64,000 bases of DNA, taken from sequence record OZ335962.1, one strand, 5' to 3'. The notes under the pieces are model-generated. The model saw nothing but the letters and a program-made list of their open reading frames with translations, had not been told where the DNA came from and searched no databases. Each line of letters opens with the position of its first letter. Position 1 is the first letter of the stretch. This document shows positions 1 through 11,903 of the stretch, piece after piece. The DNA is from a phage. The position numbers were made by a program, and so were the translations under genes.

Positions 1-166
1 CAATACCAGGTTTAGGCCATTTCTTGATATAATACTGTAGCCCACGAGAATAAGTCAGACGATATACTCGTTTAAGCAATTCATTATCTTTATTCTTTTC
101 AAGAATTGCTTGCTTCTGCTTAGTTGATCCAATAGATGCTATTTCATTCAGAATTTTAAGAATCAT
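1..166 (-). CDS. 30: DNA ligase gp30, N-terminal 55 codons only; gene continues beyond the window start
   Basis: Reverse strand from ATG at 166..164 translates MILKILNEIASIGSTKQKQAILEKNKDNELLKRVYRLTYSRGLQYYIKKWPKPGI, which matches the T4 DNA ligase N-terminus as I recall it. ATGA overlap with the upstream ORF stop. Confidence 0.85.
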   Translation of the reverse strand, partial: MILKILNEIASIGSTKQKQAILEKNKDNELLKRVYRLTYSRGLQYYIKKWPKPGI

Positions 167-432
167 TGCTCATCCTTCAAGGTTTGGTTTACAGCTCTAT
201 TATAAATCAATTCATCATTAAGCTCAGGCAAAGACCTATGATATGTAGTTCTAACTTTATTTCCTTGCATCCAGTGCTTAACGTAAATGAAACCTTGCTC
301 TACACATTTTTTAAAAATTCGTTCGTCTTTTTGAGCTCGGAATTCTGGATTGCATCTAAAAAATTGATTTACGTGACCGTAATCACGTGTAGTATTACCT
401 TCATTTTCATAAATAGTGTGAACAACAAACAT
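163..432 (-). CDS. hypothetical early protein (position of T4 30.1)
   Basis: 89-aa ORF; its TGA overlaps the gene 30 ATG (ATGA coupling). No recognisable motif. Confidence 0.5.
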   Translation of the reverse strand: MFVVHTIYENEGNTTRDYGHVNQFFRCNPEFRAQKDERIFKKCVEQGFIYVKHWMQGNKVRTTYHRSLPELNDELIYNRAVNQTLKDEQ

Positions 433-1271
433 TAGAATGCTCCTTGGAAAATATTATCACCGCTAGTAGGTCTATTATACAAATACTCTATGCCACCAGG
501 TTTAATGTAGTTCCATGTCTGAAACGGATGTGTCTGATATGGATGATATAGATGATTATAAGGATTAAATCCAGGCGTTCTCCAGGTAGTGTTCCAAGGA
601 AAAGAATCGTTTTTAACCATCTTCTCAATTAAATCTTTTATAGCTTTTTCACTATCAAAACTTTCTTTATTTTCCTTCGGCGAAAAAAGCTTATTTTCTA
701 CATCATTCCATGTATAAACTCGCTGCGCAGTTTTTGGAATATTGTCACGCTCTCCTCGAGCCATCCAATAAACCGGAACATTTAATATTTCACTCGCGTG
801 GTCGCAGTGGTGAGCAAGATCGTCAATATAACAAATTACGTTATATTTCTCTTTTGCCTTTTTGAACAACTCTTCTTTTGAAGAATCATGACCACACATC
901 ATTACTTCTGAGAAGGCACCAGGAAAAAGAGCATTCAAATTAAATTGACGATTCAGCAGAGCGTCAATAGAATCACCCAATGCTGTAACAGCTACAAAAT
1001 TATAATCTTCTTTTAGTTTGTTAATTACGCACAGGGCATCTTTATATGGAGACAAGTAACGAATAAAATCTGATCGATTGTATTTTTCAATTAGCTTGAC
1101 ACCAAGTTCTTCATCACAATTAAAGAGTTTACCTGGAGAAATAAATTTCTCATCTTGGATCATTTTTAAAATATGTTCTAACGGAAGATTATATTTCTGA
1201 GCAAAATAAGGAAGTCCTGATTGCCAGCTTAAACATACTCCATCAATATCAGTTAAAATAGTAGGCTTCAT
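432..1271 (-). CDS. HAD-superfamily-like hydrolase (position of T4 30.2)
   Basis: 279-aa ORF with N-terminal DIDGV (HAD motif I, DxDG) and a later DD motif; in-operon coupling. Confidence 0.55.
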   Translation of the reverse strand: MKPTILTDIDGVCLSWQSGLPYFAQKYNLPLEHILKMIQDEKFISPGKLFNCDEELGVKLIEKYNRSDFIRYLSPYKDALCVINKLKEDYNFVAVTALGDSIDALLNRQFNLNALFPGAFSEVMMCGHDSSKEELFKKAKEKYNVICYIDDLAHHCDHASEILNVPVYWMARGERDNIPKTAQRVYTWNDVENKLFSPKENKESFDSEKAIKDLIEKMVKNDSFPWNTTWRTPGFNPYNHLYHPYQTHPFQTWNYIKPGGIEYLYNRPTSGDNIFQGAF

Positions 1272-1732
1272 AGAGAGTCTCTTAATAGGTTTAACACATC
1301 AATAAATTCAGCTTCGGTTAGTATTGTATCATCTTTTGTTAGACCACTAGCCATGCTGTGCTTCAAAACTTTTCCTTTTGAGGCTTGTAATGCATCACGA
1401 AAGCCTCTGTTTTGGATCGCTGCTTCAAAATATGCATTTGTGTATAATTCTTTCCACGCTGGTGAATATCTTGAAAACGGAACTCCAAGCCAGAAGAGGG
1501 TCCCACGGTCCTGAGCTCTAGCATAAGACCTTCCGGCTTGTTGGGCGGCAAGCCCGGATAACCCAAATATACGACGTTGTTGTTCAACATTTTTCACCTT
1601 ACACCCTTGGAGGAATCCTTCTAGACCTCCAAATTGAATACCATCCATAACGAAAGGCCATTGGGCGAAATTACTTAATGCACATGATGGCCATTTAAAA
1701 TTGCTTCTTATCTCTAGCTCAGACATTTTCAA
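1268..1732 (-). CDS. NADAR/YbiA-like (DUF1768) domain protein (position of T4 30.3)
   Basis: 154 aa; LSNFAQWPF...GIQFGGLEGFLQGCK resembles the FSNFAAWP...EHYFQAQK signature of E. coli YbiA as I recall it. Confidence 0.6.
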   Translation of the reverse strand: MKMSELEIRSNFKWPSCALSNFAQWPFVMDGIQFGGLEGFLQGCKVKNVEQQRRIFGLSGLAAQQAGRSYARAQDRGTLFWLGVPFSRYSPAWKELYTNAYFEAAIQNRGFRDALQASKGKVLKHSMASGLTKDDTILTEAEFIDVLNLLRDSL

Positions 1733-1925
1733 TACTTATAATTTCAACATCAGCCCAATGACCATAGCAAGGAAGACGAAATTCAACTGGCCAGTTAGGG
1801 TCCTTTTCTAATATAATAGACTGAACTTGTGGCTCTTCATATTCATCGGTATACGGACCTTTATACGCTACTTTATATGTGACTTTAATGTATTGAATTC
1901 CAAAAATCTTATTAATTATATTCAT
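1719..1925 (-). CDS. hypothetical early protein
   Basis: 68-aa ORF in the minus-strand early gene chain, overlapping both neighbours. Confidence 0.4.
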   Translation of the reverse strand: MNIINKIFGIQYIKVTYKVAYKGPYTDEYEEPQVQSIILEKDPNWPVEFRLPCYGHWADVEIISIENV

Positions 1926-2119
1926 ACTAATTCCTTTAATCCGTAAATAGGAGATAATTCATCACCCATACGAAGGTCTTCATTTCCATCTACCCAGGAA
2001 ACAATATAAGCTTCTTTTATTTGAATACCACTCCATTTAAATGGAGGTAGAACCTTAGAAATTAATCCAGGTATACCAACTCCCTTTAATTCAACAGTTT
2101 GACCTAAAAAGAATTTCAT
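1922..2119 (-). CDS. hypothetical early protein
   Basis: 65-aa ORF, translationally coupled in the chain. Confidence 0.4.
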   Translation of the reverse strand: MKFFLGQTVELKGVGIPGLISKVLPPFKWSGIQIKEAYIVSWVDGNEDLRMGDELSPIYGLKELV

Positions 2120-2406
2120 TAGAACCTCATCTGAAAACCGTGCGATTTAACATTACCGCCGCCAATATCAGAAATATTAATTTCACGCGCAATTGAAGGG
2201 TCAATGTCAATTTCACGATTGAGTTTAGTGATAGCTAAAGTATCGCGCCCATTTACAGTACGGAACTCTAAAGGACATACTACATTAACATAGTTTTTAA
2301 TCGATTCACTGGTAGGTTGCAAATGAGCAGGAAGGTCTTTAGGCGCCTTAGAGAAAACCACTTCACAGAAATTTTTGCGAGTATCAAAATAAGTAGTCAT
2401 AAACAT
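2119..2406 (-). CDS. hypothetical early protein
   Basis: 95-aa ORF; GGGGC-UUCG-GCCCC hairpin and an SD-like GAGGAAAA just upstream of the ATG. Confidence 0.45.
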   Translation of the reverse strand: MFMTTYFDTRKNFCEVVFSKAPKDLPAHLQPTSESIKNYVNVVCPLEFRTVNGRDTLAITKLNREIDIDPSIAREINISDIGGGNVKSHGFQMRF

Positions 2407-2447
2407 AGTATTTTCCTCAGTAAGGGGCCGAAGCCCCTCATTTTATT

Positions 2448-2825
2448 TTAAATATCAAATTCGTTAATAACTACATCAAAGATTGCTTCAAGATGCTCAG
2501 GTTTAGCTCTGTTACTCAGAATATGACGAATCCAAGTTTTAACCAGAAGCTTGCGATTAACACCATTCCAGCAAGGATGAGTCCCTAAATCGCGTTGACG
2601 AAAATCATCATCCAAAGCGATTTTGAAGTTGGAACCTTCCATTGTGATTGAAACCGTGATGCCATTTTCAAATCGCATATAAACGTAGTTAGGAGTCATA
2701 TACTGTTCAATTTCGCATACTGATCCATTTTGATGTTTCCAAAGACAGATAGTATCAATAGAACCTGCAATACCGTTAGAAACATATTTACGTTCAAAGT
2801 TGATGTAGTTCATTTTATTCTCCAA
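2448..2825 (-). CDS. hypothetical early protein
   Basis: 125-aa ORF with its own early promoter upstream (2850..2878). Confidence 0.5.
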   Translation of the reverse strand: MENKMNYINFERKYVSNGIAGSIDTICLWKHQNGSVCEIEQYMTPNYVYMRFENGITVSITMEGSNFKIALDDDFRQRDLGTHPCWNGVNRKLLVKTWIRHILSNRAKPEHLEAIFDVVINEFDI

Positions 2826-2880
2826 GATGTTTAATTGCGGTACAGGTATATAATATCATATCCTGTACCAAAGTAAACAA

Positions 2881-3213
2881 TTATTTTACTACTTTCCAGT
2901 GCTGCATGTCAAGTTTACCAACTTTTTTCATCTTCTCAATTAAGCGTTCGGCACGTTGGCGAGCTGTAACATAATACCATTCACCCAATTCATTTTGTTC
3001 AATTTTTCCAACGATTACTGTATTCAATTCATAAATCCAACCAGTAAAGAAATTATGAACTTGAATTGTAAAGGTGAAATCTGTTCCCATACCTTCTGTT
3101 GTTTCTACTTCAATAATATCACCTTCAACTGCCATTAAGAACCACATAGTTTCATCATATTTACCATTGAAGCATTTAGTTTTAACTGCAGCGTTCAGAT
3201 TAATCGTTTTCAT
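2881..3213 (-). CDS. hypothetical early protein
   Basis: 110-aa ORF; early-promoter-like GTTTAC/-10 pair upstream at about 3238..3270. Confidence 0.5.
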   Translation of the reverse strand: MKTINLNAAVKTKCFNGKYDETMWFLMAVEGDIIEVETTEGMGTDFTFTIQVHNFFTGWIYELNTVIVGKIEQNELGEWYYVTARQRAERLIEKMKKVGKLDMQHWKVVK

Positions 3214-3291
3214 TTTATTCTCCTTTGTTTGTGTAAGATAATACTATCACAAAGGAACCATACTGTAAACAACTTTGTGCAGTCTTTGGAA

Positions 3292-3318
3292 AATAAAAAA
3301 GGACTCCCGAAGGAGTCC
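3292..3318 (-). terminator. rho-independent terminator
   Basis: On the minus strand, GGACUCC-UUCG-GGAGUCC hairpin followed by UUUUUUAUUU. Identical to the terminator after soc. Confidence 0.7.
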
Positions 3319-3323
3319 TCAAC

Positions 3324-3500
3324 TTATGCTTTCTGCTTACCAAAACGAGAAGCATCATCTCGAAGAACCGCACGTGCTCGGCGCATGATCTTCTCAACAG
3401 TTTGATTGATACGAGAGTTCGACCCACGCTTGTAACCAGCGCGTTTAGAATCACCAACTTTCTTTTCAACTGCTTTCTTTGCTTTAGCTTGTTTTGCCAT
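3324..3500 (-). CDS. small lysine/arginine-rich basic protein (58 aa)
   Basis: ATG at 3500..3498 (MAKQAKAKKAVEKK...), followed by a strong intrinsic terminator. The track ORF has a 14-codon N-terminal extension that I trimmed. Confidence 0.5.
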   Translation of the reverse strand: MAKQAKAKKAVEKKVGDSKRAGYKRGSNSRINQTVEKIMRRARAVLRDDASRFGKQKA

Positions 3501-3896
3501 TATAAATTCTCTTTTAAATGAAAATGCAGGACTTATTGGCATTGCCTGCGAAAGCCCTCAAGGGGGTACTTAGGTTTTGAGTATTTACCGACAGGATAAC
3601 CATAAACCCGTCATCATACTTATAACTCTTATCTGTTGCACACCGTTAGCTTAAAGGTTCCGGGTTCGATTTCTCGAGGATAAGATATATACTGATGGAT
3701 ATATAGGCCTTGAGGCGTACTCCCGATTGGCCATCACCTCGGGGTAGCATGCACTTGCCGCTATAAGAATAACATTCAAGAGGTACACCGTAAAACTGCC
3801 GGGGTCTTAAAACTATAATGATTCGCAAATCATTAATCAGACAGTTCGACGGCTCCTCGATTTTAGCTCACACTAAGGCAGTGAATCTCCAATAAA

Positions 3897-4145
3897 TTAC
3901 TTCAGTGTTACCACAAAGTGACGAACTGCTTTTCGTGCGGCAGAAGCCAGAGGCTTAGCATACTTAAGTTCATCTTTTTCCTGAAGCTCAGCAGCTAATG
4001 CAGTTTGAGCAGGATTCAGATGTTTGAAATAACGCAGGATTTCAAGAGCTTCGGCTTCAACATCAATAGATGCGCCATAGTTTTCGTGACCATTATTCCA
4101 TGCGTTTCGTTGCAGTTCAAGAGCGTGTTGTAATTGTTTAATCAT
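3897..4145 (-). CDS. rIII: rIII lysis-inhibition accessory protein
   Basis: 82 aa, same length as T4 RIII; sits between gene 31 and the 30.x genes as in T4. Confidence 0.8.
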   Translation of the reverse strand: MIKQLQHALELQRNAWNNGHENYGASIDVEAEALEILRYFKHLNPAQTALAAELQEKDELKYAKPLASAARKAVRHFVVTLK

Positions 4146-4284
4146 TTAAAAATTCTCGTTAGAGATTAAAACTCGGTAGTCACGTTCTTCTGAATTTCAT
4201 CTTCTTTCGACAGATCTCTCAGTTGTAGACTACCACATAGAATTGTTCGGTTAACTTATTATTCCGACACCCAATTCATATTAT

Positions 4285-4292
4285 TATTTATA
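4285..4292 (-). promoter_or_regulatory. late promoter TATAAATA (minus strand), upstream of rIII
   Basis: Plus strand reads tatttata, the reverse complement of the T4 late-promoter core. Confidence 0.45.
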
Positions 4293-4628
4293 TCACTTAT
4301 AAAGACACGGAATAGCTTTATAGTGACAGGTTACGAATTTTTGTTTAATTTCTTTTGGCTGCTTAAGACCCAGAGCTACAAGAGGATGCGGAACGTTTCG
4401 AATTTGACCAACTGGAAGAGAAGTCAAATCACCAACTTCGCAGAAACCTTCAGGAACATCAGGACCAACAGAGTGAATTACACACAGTTCAGGAACTTCA
4501 CCTTGAACACGTTTACCGATAATAAGTCCTGATTCTGTAACTTCTTCATCACCGGCTTGTGCAGGTTCAGAAACTAAAATAACATATTCACCGACAGCAC
4601 GAATTGGTAGCTGTTGTACTTCAGACAT
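4293..4628 (-). CDS. 31: gp31 co-chaperonin (GroES analogue for capsid folding)
   Basis: 111 aa beginning [30 protein letters not shown], as I recall T4 gp31. A MotA-box-like TGCTTTA plus -10 TATTAT lies upstream at about 4640..4678. Confidence 0.9.
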   Translation of the reverse strand: MSEVQQLPIRAVGEYVILVSEPAQAGDEEVTESGLIIGKRVQGEVPELCVIHSVGPDVPEGFCEVGDLTSLPVGQIRNVPHPLVALGLKQPKEIKQKFVTCHYKAIPCLYK

Positions 4629-4684
4629 CGTTTTTCCTTTTTGTTAACAGATGAATTAATAATAACAAATAATTCTTAAAGCAT

Positions 4685-4993
4685 TTATTTACCAATAAAT
4701 TGAAGCAAATGCTCAGCTTTCATACCATTAACGGAAATCAATTTGTCAATAGAAAAACCTCGCCATGCACCGAGTTCAACATCAAATACTGGAACCATAT
4801 CAGTAGATTCTTTCCGAGCAGATTCAGTCAATTTACCAGTTTGCATGGTTGGCATAAAGTCCGCATCACGAGTGCCTTTCATAGTACGAATAGTACCATC
4901 AGACTTTTCAAAAACTACGTTTGAAACCCCCATGGACAATTTAGTTTTCAAAATTTCACGAATTGCTACTTTTTGTTCAGTCGTCAGTTTCAT
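4685..4993 (-). CDS. hypothetical protein (position of T4 31.1)
   Basis: 102-aa ORF. Confidence 0.5.
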   Translation of the reverse strand: MKLTTEQKVAIREILKTKLSMGVSNVVFEKSDGTIRTMKGTRDADFMPTMQTGKLTESARKESTDMVPVFDVELGAWRGFSIDKLISVNGMKAEHLLQFIGK

Positions 4994-5230
4994 TTATTTA
5001 CCTATTACAGTTTTATGATAAATTGTTCCACGTTCTTTAAGAGTGGAAAGTAATTTTTGATATTTTTCTAAATCAGATTTCCAACTATGCGGTCTATCAA
5101 TACAAACCCAGTTTGATTTATAATACTGTTTCCACCTAGAGAAAAAATATTTCTTATACTCTACAGCAAATGAAATGTTCTCGGTAGAATAAGAACTAAT
5201 TGCTGTGAGCTGTACCAAACGAAATTTCAT
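4994..5230 (-). CDS. hypothetical protein (position of T4 31.2)
   Basis: 78-aa ORF; stop abuts the cd stop/start region. Confidence 0.45.
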   Translation of the reverse strand: MKFRLVQLTAISSYSTENISFAVEYKKYFFSRWKQYYKSNWVCIDRPHSWKSDLEKYQKLLSTLKERGTIYHKTVIGK

Positions 5231-5811
5231 TATTCACCACAGAATTCGTTGATATTTTCCCAGTTTAACTTATTCAAGTTTTTCTTAGGAACATTAAACA
5301 CTTCAATACCTGCATTTCGCAGAATATCATCCCAGCCAGGTTTATTTTTATCGTATGTTTCACAATAAACCAGCTTTTTAATACCAGATTGAGCTATTGC
5401 TTTTGCACAATCTGGGCAAGGAGAAAGTGTTACATACATAGTAGCACCTTCAATTGAAGAACCGTTTCGTGCAGCAAACAAAATCGCATTTAGTTCAGCA
5501 TGAATTTCATTTTTAGACGACCATTCAGAGTGCGCGCTACGATGTTCTTTCGCCAAGACAAAACGATCAGTTGAACCAAATGATACACATTCAGGCTTAT
5601 GACCTTGAATGATAGTATGTTTAGGCTTATTCAGCAACCAACCTTGCTCAGCAGCATAATCACAGCAGTTCACACCACCTGCAGGTGAACCATTATATCC
5701 AGTAGAAATAATACGTCCATTCTTTTCAATTACTGCTCCTACCTTCCAGGAGCAACATTTTGATTCTTGTGATACTAAATATGCAATTTGAAGTACTGTA
5801 CTCGCTTTCAT
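5230..5811 (-). CDS. cd: dCMP deaminase
   Basis: 193 aa; cytidine/deoxycytidylate deaminase zinc motifs HAELNAI and PCPDC. Confidence 0.9.
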   Translation of the reverse strand: MKASTVLQIAYLVSQESKCCSWKVGAVIEKNGRIISTGYNGSPAGGVNCCDYAAEQGWLLNKPKHTIIQGHKPECVSFGSTDRFVLAKEHRSAHSEWSSKNEIHAELNAILFAARNGSSIEGATMYVTLSPCPDCAKAIAQSGIKKLVYCETYDKNKPGWDDILRNAGIEVFNVPKKNLNKLNWENINEFCGE

Positions 5812-6146
5812 TTCATAATCACCAGATAAGCAGATTTAGCAGTTTCAACACGATAAATTTCGTGACGAAGTTTAGTTATACTTTTAATAACAGAACTAAT
5901 TATATTCTGCCCATCTTTAAAGCGGTTTTTCTTATCAATAAAAATTGCGCCAACCATCTTTTTGTGAAGCTCAACTGGATACTTCGTCACAATAATAGCA
6001 TCATACACAGAAGGATGAATACTATTCACTAGAGTATCATTCATTAAAGTTATTCTAATGAACTGAGCTGTTTCAGAGTCAAGCGCTCTATGATCGCCAG
6101 TATCATTTTCAAGACAATTATCAATTATATCAGTTAAATTCATCAT
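5808..6146 (-). CDS. hypothetical early protein
   Basis: 112-aa ORF, overlap-coupled to cd. Confidence 0.45.
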   Translation of the reverse strand: MMNLTDIIDNCLENDTGDHRALDSETAQFIRITLMNDTLVNSIHPSVYDAIIVTKYPVELHKKMVGAIFIDKKNRFKDGQNIISSVIKSITKLRHEIYRVETAKSAYLVIMK

Positions 6147-6379
6147 AGTACGCCATACACCCTTTGTGCTTCAACTAATCCATCAAAATCCAATTTGAGA
6201 TGTGTTATTTGGTCACCATCACCTGGATTCACAATTACTAATACTGAACGAGGAGTTTCGGTAATAACGCGAACCGATGTTTCTGGAAATCGTTCAGAAA
6301 CCTTATTTACCAATTCCTGAGCAAATAGTTTAACTTTTTCTTGGAATTCTTTAACAGTAATTGGTTTTTCACTTAGCAT
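6143..6379 (-). CDS. hypothetical early protein
   Basis: 78-aa ORF, overlap-coupled. Confidence 0.45.
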   Translation of the reverse strand: MLSEKPITVKEFQEKVKLFAQELVNKVSERFPETSVRVITETPRSVLVIVNPGDGDQITHLKLDFDGLVEAQRVYGVL

Positions 6380-6900
6380 GTTGATCCCAGCTCCTTACTT
6401 TCAACGTTTTTAACTAATTTGACAGAAACTAATTCAGCATCTTGTGTAATCATTACCGGGCCTTCTTCATACTCTTCAAGATATTCTAGAGCTTTCTTTT
6501 TAGCTTCTTCCTTCGTATCAGTTTGAGCATAGATATAAAACATACAACCAGTAATACCTACTACTTTCCACTTAATTTCTTTATCAGTTTTAATTTCAAA
6601 TTTACTGACAGAATCATCTTTTTGAACTTCTTCGAAAAAAGAATATTCTAACATATAAGCAATTGAAAATAGCGGGCTAACTTTATAGGATTCGCCCATT
6701 ACATCAACAGCTTTATACCAGCGGTCATCAATTTCGCGTTTAATGCTAATAACATTTTTCGCAGGATCTATTTTTACTTTAAATGAATTTTCCCCAATAA
6801 ACTGGGCAATTCGTTTATTAGCCCCGCAAGTTTCATTAAAAATATCTTTATATCCAGCTTTAAAGCGATAAACCTTATCTTCTTCAAACCATTCGCTCAT
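6373..6900 (-). CDS. hypothetical early protein
   Basis: 175-aa ORF with an early promoter upstream (GTTTAC/TATTAT at about 6925..6958). Confidence 0.5.
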   Translation of the reverse strand: MSEWFEEDKVYRFKAGYKDIFNETCGANKRIAQFIGENSFKVKIDPAKNVISIKREIDDRWYKAVDVMGESYKVSPLFSIAYMLEYSFFEEVQKDDSVSKFEIKTDKEIKWKVVGITGCMFYIYAQTDTKEEAKKKALEYLEEYEEGPVMITQDAELVSVKLVKNVESKELGSTC

Positions 6901-6962
6901 TTCAATTTCCTCATTTGTTTTGGTATAGCTATAATATCACAACTCTACCATAAAGTAAACTA

Positions 6963-7238
6963 TTAAAATGCTTTGAATTCTGATGTCTGTGATTCAAAGC
7001 GAATATCGCCTTTGATGACTAGCTCAGCATCAAGACCGAATACGACAATGATATGCGCAGAACCTGGATACAGCGTAATGGCAATAGAATCCACCTGGTC
7101 TGGAAGCAAAGTGTTCAATACATGAGTCACTTGAGCATGAATTCGAAGCTCGGCAGCGTTATCAAGCTTTTCAAACATATTATTAGCAATAATTTGGCTA
7201 AACACTACTTCTACGATTTTAGAATAAGTCGGAAACAT
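6963..7238 (-). CDS. hypothetical early protein
   Basis: 91-aa ORF. Confidence 0.45.
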   Translation of the reverse strand: MFPTYSKIVEVVFSQIIANNMFEKLDNAAELRIHAQVTHVLNTLLPDQVDSIAITLYPGSAHIIVVFGLDAELVIKGDIRFESQTSEFKAF

Positions 7239-7240
7239 AT

Positions 7241-7433
7241 TTACCTCACATAATTTTCTTCAAGCCAATCAATAACATCCAACGCATTATCAAAAGTTGA
7301 ACCATCTACTTTGTCTTCTGTTTCATAATCAAGAACATCTAAGCCTACTCTTCCATCAACAATAGGCCATAAACAAAATAGATATTTCTTTTCTTTTTCA
7401 ATTTTATCACAAAGCCGATAAATCTTTTCTATG

Positions 7434-7441
<8 letters not shown>
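7241..7441 (-). CDS. hypothetical early protein
   Basis: 66-aa ORF. Confidence 0.4.
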
Positions 7442-8856
<1,415 letters not shown>

Positions 8857-8859
8857 TTA

Positions 8860-9090
8860 TTATTTCTCAACCAATGATTGAATATAATCATGTAGGTCTT
8901 TAGATGCTTTACCCCACTTATTTTGGTATTCATTTTTAAGATTAGCACGTGATTGAGCTAATAAAACATCATTAGTTGGAGGTAAAGATTCTAACCGCTG
9001 AATCTGGCGTCCGTAAATCATTGCAGCCATCTCGGATTCATAAATCAATCCTTTGAGATGTTCAAATTGATGCCATGAAATCATTTGCAT
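8860..9090 (-). CDS. hypothetical protein (position of T4 pseT.1)
   Basis: 76-aa ORF. Confidence 0.45.
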   Translation of the reverse strand: MQMISWHQFEHLKGLIYESEMAAMIYGRQIQRLESLPPTNDVLLAQSRANLKNEYQNKWGKASKDLHDYIQSLVEK

Positions 9091-9380
9091 TTATCCTCTT
9101 TTAACTCTTGGCGATAATAACATATCATAGTTTTCTGATCATGTACATATCGTTTTACATCATTAAGCCAAATACGAAATTCCTGGGAATCTTCGAATGG
9201 CATACCGACCCAAGCTTTACCATCAATAACTTTAACTTGCCAAGATAGTTTAGCTTCATCGTATGACTTTATTTGTACTGGCCAATTAGGATGAACTGTT
9301 TCTTTCTTTACTTCTAGAGGCTTTGTCGAACAACCAACTAGAAGACCAATAAATAATATTAATGCTGATAGTTTAATCAT
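9081..9380 (-). CDS. o-spanin (outer-membrane lipoprotein subunit), T4 pseT.2-like
   Basis: 99 aa; signal peptide plus lipobox LVGC; overlaps the preceding coiled-coil membrane protein (ATGA). Same locus as the T4 spanin pair. Confidence 0.7.
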   Translation of the reverse strand: MIKLSALILFIGLLVGCSTKPLEVKKETVHPNWPVQIKSYDEAKLSWQVKVIDGKAWVGMPFEDSQEFRIWLNDVKRYVHDQKTMICYYRQELKEDKCK

Positions 9381-9730
9381 TTAGAAAGGTCCTGGATGTC
9401 TTCTGCGAACTTGTTGAAGGAGTTGTTGATTTGTTTTTCAACCAATCCTGGCTTATGAGCCACCACATCCGCCTTCTTTGCGTCTTTGCGCAGTTTTTCA
9501 TTTTCACGCTCAATAGCAGCAATTGCCTCACGATTTTTATTATTCATCGCATCAATATAATTATACTGAATTCGCAAATTATTTAATGCTAAAGCGTTTT
9601 CATTGGCCGTTTTTGTAATTTCTACAACAGACGTTTCTAATCTTTCAATTTTATTTTTTAAAATTAAAGAAGTTCCGCCCAATGCAATTACAATTAATAG
9701 CAAGCCTGTTGTCGTATTACTTAATTGCAT
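9377..9730 (-). CDS. i-spanin (inner-membrane subunit), T4 pseT.3-like
   Basis: 117 aa; N-terminal TM helix followed by a long predicted coiled coil; paired with the lipoprotein gene. Confidence 0.7.
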   Translation of the reverse strand: MQLSNTTTGLLLIVIALGGTSLILKNKIERLETSVVEITKTANENALALNNLRIQYNYIDAMNNKNREAIAAIERENEKLRKDAKKADVVAHKPGLVEKQINNSFNKFAEDIQDLSK

Positions 9731-10227
9731 AAAGTTTTAATAACCTCTACAATATCGTCTTGAGAAAGACCGTTAATTAAAATATGATGTTCAGCAGGAG
9801 ATTTAGAAATTTTAAAGCATGCCTCAACATCTTCTGCCATATCTGATGCGCTACGATTTGGATTACTAATTCCAAGACGATGTTTTCCAGTCAAAGGATT
9901 AACGATGATATAGCATTTACAGTTATTGATATGAACATTAGGTTGAGTCTGATTAATGAACACATCACAATCATATTTCGCAAGCTGATTTTCTAAAAAG
10001 ACTTTCATCTCCTCAACTGCATCAGGAAGCATATCACGGGCTTGCTCAAGACGACGATTTCGATATTCTTTAATGGTCGTTTTCCGCTTGACTTGCTTAG
10101 CTAAATCTTTCTTAAGATCGGTGATATATCCAACTCGACGATTTCCTTTAAATACAGAAATCCCATCTGTAGTATCACCGTATGCTTCAACGACCATCTC
10201 AGTAGTAATAAACTGCAAATCCATCAT
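9721..10227 (-). CDS. alc: Alc, inhibitor of host transcription on cytosine DNA
   Basis: 168-aa ORF at the T4 alc position between gene 63 and the spanins. Assigned by position and size. Confidence 0.65.
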   Translation of the reverse strand: MMDLQFITTEMVVEAYGDTTDGISVFKGNRRVGYITDLKKDLAKQVKRKTTIKEYRNRRLEQARDMLPDAVEEMKVFLENQLAKYDCDVFINQTQPNVHINNCKCYIIVNPLTGKHRLGISNPNRSASDMAEDVEACFKISKSPAEHHILINGLSQDDIVEVIKTLCN

Positions 10228-10255
10228 AAAGTCCTCATGTTATGTCAGTAAGATT

Positions 10256-10285
10256 ATTATAACACAGCATGAGGGACTTGTAAAC
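10256..10285 (-). promoter_or_regulatory. early promoter (-35 GTTTAC, -10 TATAAT) for alc
   Basis: Minus strand reads GTTTAC, 18 nt, TATAAT. Coordinates approximate. Confidence 0.55.
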
Positions 10286-10288
10286 AGC

Positions 10289-11876
<1,588 letters not shown>

Positions 11877-11903
11877 AATAAAATGGGCCTTGCGGCCCAC
11901 TCC

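Noticed and set aside
3651-3680. tRNA-like T-loop motif GGGTTCGATTTC
   Set aside because: The flanking five bases cannot form a T-stem (ccggg vs tctcg) and no acceptor or anticodon arm could be built. Not a tRNA.
3646-3828. 60-aa minus-strand ORF in the rIII-downstream gap
   Set aside because: Starts on TTG with no Shine-Dalgarno sequence, and the composition is not protein-like. I treat the region as non-coding.
11877-11900. N-terminal extensions of track ORFs (denA GTG start; similar for ndd, gene 56, rnlA, rnh, td, gp33, gp38)
   Set aside because: The upstream start is a TTG/GTG without SD, or lies upstream of the promoter. The internal ATG reproduces the T4 protein length and N-terminus.
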